NCBI GenBank assembly: GCA_903828265.1
Contig: CAIKLL010000009.1
Coordinates: 19,877 to 83,876 of the forward strand
Reading direction: 5' to 3'
Length of the DNA stretch: 64,000 nt
DNA from: an uncultured Rickettsiales bacterium
Lineage (GTDB): Bacteria; Pseudomonadota; Alphaproteobacteria; Rickettsiales; Rickettsiaceae
A program made the position numbers and the translations under genes. Positions 60,847 to 64,000 of the stretch are shown in pieces; the stretch's first letter is position 1, and every line of letters begins with the position of its first letter. The notes under the pieces were generated by a model. The model was not told where the DNA came from. It saw nothing but the letters and a program-made list of their open reading frames with translations, and ran no database searches.

Positions 60847-62591
60847 ATAATAATGTCAGAATATTGCTTGGATACTTAAAAAATCATAAATTCAATTTAG
60901 TAATAGTATTCTGCTCATTATTTACAGTTGCTCTTTCATTACTTGGTGTAGGAACAGTTTTTAGACATTTAGTAGATAATGGATTAAGCACTAACGAACT
61001 TAATTCAATTAATAATTCAATTTTTTTAACGTCAGGGCTAATTGCTACCTTCGCCATTGGTAGCTTTTTTCGTTCATATTTCATTAATATTGTAGCAGAG
61101 AAAATCACTTCTCAAATTAGAGTAGATAGCTATGCTGACCTACTGGAGCTTGAAATAGCTACGTTTGAAGAATTAAAAATCGGGGATATTATTTCAAGAC
61201 TTGGTTCAGATCTGGAGTCGGTAGGGACTCTAATTACTAATTTCTTATCCTTTTTTATTCGTAATTCTATAATGCTATCTGGGGCAATTATCTTGATGTT
61301 TTTACAGAGTGCTAAATTATCAATGTTAGTAATTTTTACCGTACCAATTTTGCTTACTCCCCTTTTGCATTTGAGTAAGCATATAAGAAGTATTTCTAGA
61401 AAGGTAATGGCAGAAAAATCTAATCTATCATCTTTTATAGAAGAAAGTTTTTCGGCTATTAGAACTTTATATGCCTTTAATCAACAAACTCATAGTTTAA
61501 ATAGATTTAATGAAAAAATTACTACCTATGTTAAACATTCAAGTAAAAGGCTTAAGTTAAGGTCCTTATTTTTTGCCCTAGCAATAGCTGCTATAGCTGG
61601 ATCAATAACTATGGTAATATGGATAGGAAGCATTGACATAATTGACGGCAAGATGACTTCGGGTCAGATGATATCATTTATTTATTATGCTATGATTGTC
61701 GGGATGAGCGCAGGAGGTATAGCAGAGTTATTTAGTGAAATACAAAGCCCTTTGGCTGCTCTTGAAAGAGTTTTTAATCTACGGACAAATCCTAAAACTT
61801 ACCCTAATCCGCAGGCAATTGCCAAATACCATAAAAAATCTGAAAATGCTTTGCAGAATTATGATATTACTTTTGAAAATGTAAATTTTTCTTACCCATC
61901 AAGGAAAGATATACTCGCCCTCGATAATATTAGCTTTAGAATAAGGCAGAACCGGTCTACTGCTATAGTTGGCAAATCAGGTTCAGGTAAAAGCACTATA
62001 ATGCAATTATTACTCAATTTTTACAGTTATCAGACAGGAAAGATCAAAGTAGCCGGCCAAGATGTAAATTCTTATGACCGAAATTATATAAGAAAAATAA
62101 TGGCTTATACCCCTCAAGAACCTGATATATTTTCTGGAACAATCAGATATAATATTATGTTTTCTAATCCTGATGCCAAAGAAGAAGATTTTCAGCAAGT
62201 AGTACATTTATGCGGCATCGATAAGTTTACCAATAATTTACCAGCTGGTCTTGACACTGAAATCGGTGAAAAAGGAGTTAGAATATCAGGTGGACAAAAA
62301 CAGAGAATTGCGATTGCAAGAGCACTTCTTTATCAACCTGAGATCTTACTGCTTGATGAGGCAACAAGTGCTCTAGACAATGAAAGTGAGCAAGAAATAT
62401 TAGATAACATCAAGAAGATTATGGATGGTAAAACTATTATATCAATAGCTCACCGAATTACCTCTATTCAGGATTTTGATAATATTTTAGTTATAGACCA
62501 AGGAAAATTAGCTAGCAGCGGTACACATAAAGAACTGATAGGAAGCTGTGAGATTTATAATATTCTATACAAAAAATCACTAGCAAATTAG
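60843..62591 (+). CDS. ABC exporter, fused permease/ATPase (MsbA/MdlB-like)
   Basis: Six-TM exporter domain. Walker A GKSGSGKST, signature ISGGQKQRIAIARAL, Walker B ILLLDEATSALD. Confidence 0.85.
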   Translation: MNNNVRILLGYLKNHKFNLVIVFCSLFTVALSLLGVGTVFRHLVDNGLSTNELNSINNSIFLTSGLIATFAIGSFFRSYFINIVAEKITSQIRVDSYADLLELEIATFEELKIGDIISRLGSDLESVGTLITNFLSFFIRNSIMLSGAIILMFLQSAKLSMLVIFTVPILLTPLLHLSKHIRSISRKVMAEKSNLSSFIEESFSAIRTLYAFNQQTHSLNRFNEKITTYVKHSSKRLKLRSLFFALAIAAIAGSITMVIWIGSIDIIDGKMTSGQMISFIYYAMIVGMSAGGIAELFSEIQSPLAALERVFNLRTNPKTYPNPQAIAKYHKKSENALQNYDITFENVNFSYPSRKDILALDNISFRIRQNRSTAIVGKSGSGKSTIMQLLLNFYSYQTGKIKVAGQDVNSYDRNYIRKIMAYTPQEPDIFSGTIRYNIMFSNPDAKEEDFQQVVHLCGIDKFTNNLPAGLDTEIGEKGVRISGGQKQRIAIARALLYQPEILLLDEATSALDNESEQEILDNIKKIMDGKTIISIAHRITSIQDFDNILVIDQGKLASSGTHKELIGSCEIYNILYKKSLAN

Positions 62592-62700
62592 TTTAAAGCC
62601 TTCCCTTGATTTCTAGAAATTTCAATAGCTTTAAATTTTCCATTCGCCTTTAAACTTTAGAGAAGGCTTTGTAATTGTACCTAATACCTAAGAATTATAA

Positions 62701-62961
62701 TTATCTGATTTCAACGCTACCATCACTTTCACATTCTCCAGTTAGATAGCCATTATACGCGCTACCTTCATCCAATCGAACTTCTGCCCACATTAATCCA
62801 GGTTCATTTTCAATTTCTTCCTGTAAACTCTTACTAACTTTTGAAACCTCGCCTGTTTTATTCTTGCTTTCCTCTCTTTCTTTTCTAGCATAATTCTTAC
62901 CTCTATCACCGCAGCATGAACTCCCGAAAATCCAGTCCCAAAATGATCTTTCCTTTGCCAT
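62701..62961 (-). CDS. 86-aa hypothetical protein with N-terminal di-cysteine
   Basis: MAKERSFWDWIFGSSCCGDRGKNYARKEREESKNK... No TM helix or signal peptide and no family recognised. Isolated between convergent and divergent neighbours. Confidence 0.4.
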   Translation of the reverse strand: MAKERSFWDWIFGSSCCGDRGKNYARKEREESKNKTGEVSKVSKSLQEEIENEPGLMWAEVRLDEGSAYNGYLTGECESDGSVEIR

Positions 62962-63168
62962 AGGTTATTCCTCGCTAAAAATTTGAACATAAAATAGGTA
63001 ACCATAAAAATACAAATAGTTAGTGTGTAAAAGCATATAATTAAAATGGTAAACTTATTTAGTTAAGTAATAGTTAATATATTAATAAGTAATTTACTTA
63101 TATATCAATAGACGGATTATTAGATTTAATTTATTATCCATCAAAAAAATAGTAGAACTAGTAGAGAT

Positions 63169-63786
63169 ATGAAAAAAAAGATTATAGCGATTGAAGATTT
63201 TATCGATAAGGAGAAATCAGTATTAAAATCAAAGACCAAAAGACTTACATTCCCTTTATCCGATGAAGATAAAAATATAATAGCTCTGATGAAAGAAATG
63301 TTATTCACGCTTGAAGGGGTAGGACTTGCTGCTCCGCAAATAGGTATAAATAAAAACATTGCAGTAATCTATATACCAGAAACTGCTTCTCTGCTTCGCG
63401 ATGATGCTAAAATTTATCCCATGCACACATTAATTAATGCAGAATATGAACCTGTTGAAGATCAAGGAAAATATAGAGATTTTGAGGCCTGTTATTCAGT
63501 AAAAACTATTTGTGGACAAGTACCAAGGTATAATGTCATTAAAGTTAAATACCAGAATGAAGAAGGAATAGAAATTTCAAAAATTGAAGCTGGGTTTTAT
63601 GCCAGGGTACTACAGCATGAGATAGATCATTTAAATGGAATATTAATTACAGATGTATTTACCCCAGATTGTCTTCAAGGAACATTTGAAGAAATGGCAA
63701 AACTCCGAAGGGAATCACTAACTGAAGAAAAAAAGATATTATTTGATAAACTGCTAAAAAAGAAGAATCTGAAACAAGAAGATTAA
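63169..63786 (+). CDS. def: peptide deformylase, divergent paralog-like
   Basis: Motif 1 GVGLAAPQIG. Motif 2 reads EACYS instead of EGCLS. Motif 3 QHEIDHLNG. 205 aa with a charged C-terminal extension. Confidence 0.8.
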   Translation: MKKKIIAIEDFIDKEKSVLKSKTKRLTFPLSDEDKNIIALMKEMLFTLEGVGLAAPQIGINKNIAVIYIPETASLLRDDAKIYPMHTLINAEYEPVEDQGKYRDFEACYSVKTICGQVPRYNVIKVKYQNEEGIEISKIEAGFYARVLQHEIDHLNGILITDVFTPDCLQGTFEEMAKLRRESLTEEKKILFDKLLKKKNLKQED

Positions 63787-63790
63787 GCTT

Positions 63791-64000
63791 TTAAGGCCAT
63801 TTTACCTCAGGCGGTAACGACATTAAAATTGCCTCAACATTGCCGCCGGTAGCAAGCCCAAATGTCGTACCTCTATCATATAAAAGATTAAATTCTACGT
63901 ATCTTCCTCTTTTTATAAGCTGATGTTCCCTTTGTTCCTGAGTCCAAGATAGATTCATTTTACTGCGGACAATAGTAGGGTATATATCTCTCATTGCAAT
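63791..64000 (-). CDS. hemF: oxygen-dependent coproporphyrinogen III oxidase, C-terminal part (runs off the window)
   Basis: ...[40 protein letters not shown] matches the HemF C-terminus. The Met at 63994 is internal. Confidence 0.8.
   Translation of the reverse strand: MAMRDIYPTIVRSKMNLSWTQEQREHQLIKRGRYVEFNLLYDRGTTFGLATGGNVEAILMSLPPEVKWP

Noticed and set aside
62595-62670. 9-bp inverted repeat AAAGCCTTC ... GAAGGCTTT enclosing the palindrome ATTTCTAGAAAT downstream of the ABC exporter
   Set aside because: The arms are 58 nt apart and there is no U-tract. Short palindromes are frequent in AT-rich spacers. I noted it only as context for the 86-aa ORF.
1-64000. Scan for CRISPR arrays, rRNA genes, further tRNAs, prophage or conjugation modules and toxin-antitoxin pairs
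   Set aside because: I saw no regularly spaced direct repeats. No T-loop-like GGTTCGA/GGTTCAA motif occurs in any intergenic region other than tRNA-Leu. No integrase, phage structural, T4SS or small paired-ORF signatures were recognised by eye.

Overview
AT-rich (about one third GC by eye), densely coding bacterial chromosome segment. Gene content and order look like a reduced, Rickettsiales-type alphaproteobacterium; this is inference from recalled protein motifs, since no searches were run. Most of the window is housekeeping: tatB, tig, tRNA-Leu, dapE/dapD, glmS/glmU/glmM, a kefB-like antiporter, rsfS, rne, phaC, rplU/rpmA, ettA, tal, parB/parA/rsmG/mnmG, ndk, cysS, rodA/mreD/mrdA, dgt, argS, tatD, metG, map, radC, cyaY, def and partial hemF. 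The clear accessory region is a ~15.7 kb surface-glycan island (about 21.1-36.9 kb) between rpmA and ettA. It carries a decayed IS5-family element, two Wzx-type flippases, three or four glycosyltransferases, an SDR epimerase and several proteins I cannot place. The best candidates for something undescribed are two modules in this island. (a) A minus-strand operon encodes a fusion of a class-II (Ntn) glutamine amidotransferase to a WbpG/WbuX-type PP-loop sugar amidotransferase, translationally coupled to a 645-aa exported orphan protein, followed by a gene split by the IS5 element. (b) A divergent module holds a GtrB-like polyprenyl-phosphate glycosyltransferase, a 474-aa polytopic membrane protein, a coupled 399-aa membrane-anchored periplasmic orphan and a second flippase, with three TAAGGGTT repeats in its control region. 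Other points worth a second look are a His-rich tail on trigger factor, a GlmU without a recognisable uridyltransferase signature, two parS-like sites bracketing mnmG, a sensorless histidine kinase next to an orphan receiver, and relics of IS256- and IS5-family transposases. I saw no CRISPR array, rRNA or prophage. All functional calls rest on motif recognition by eye and need database confirmation.
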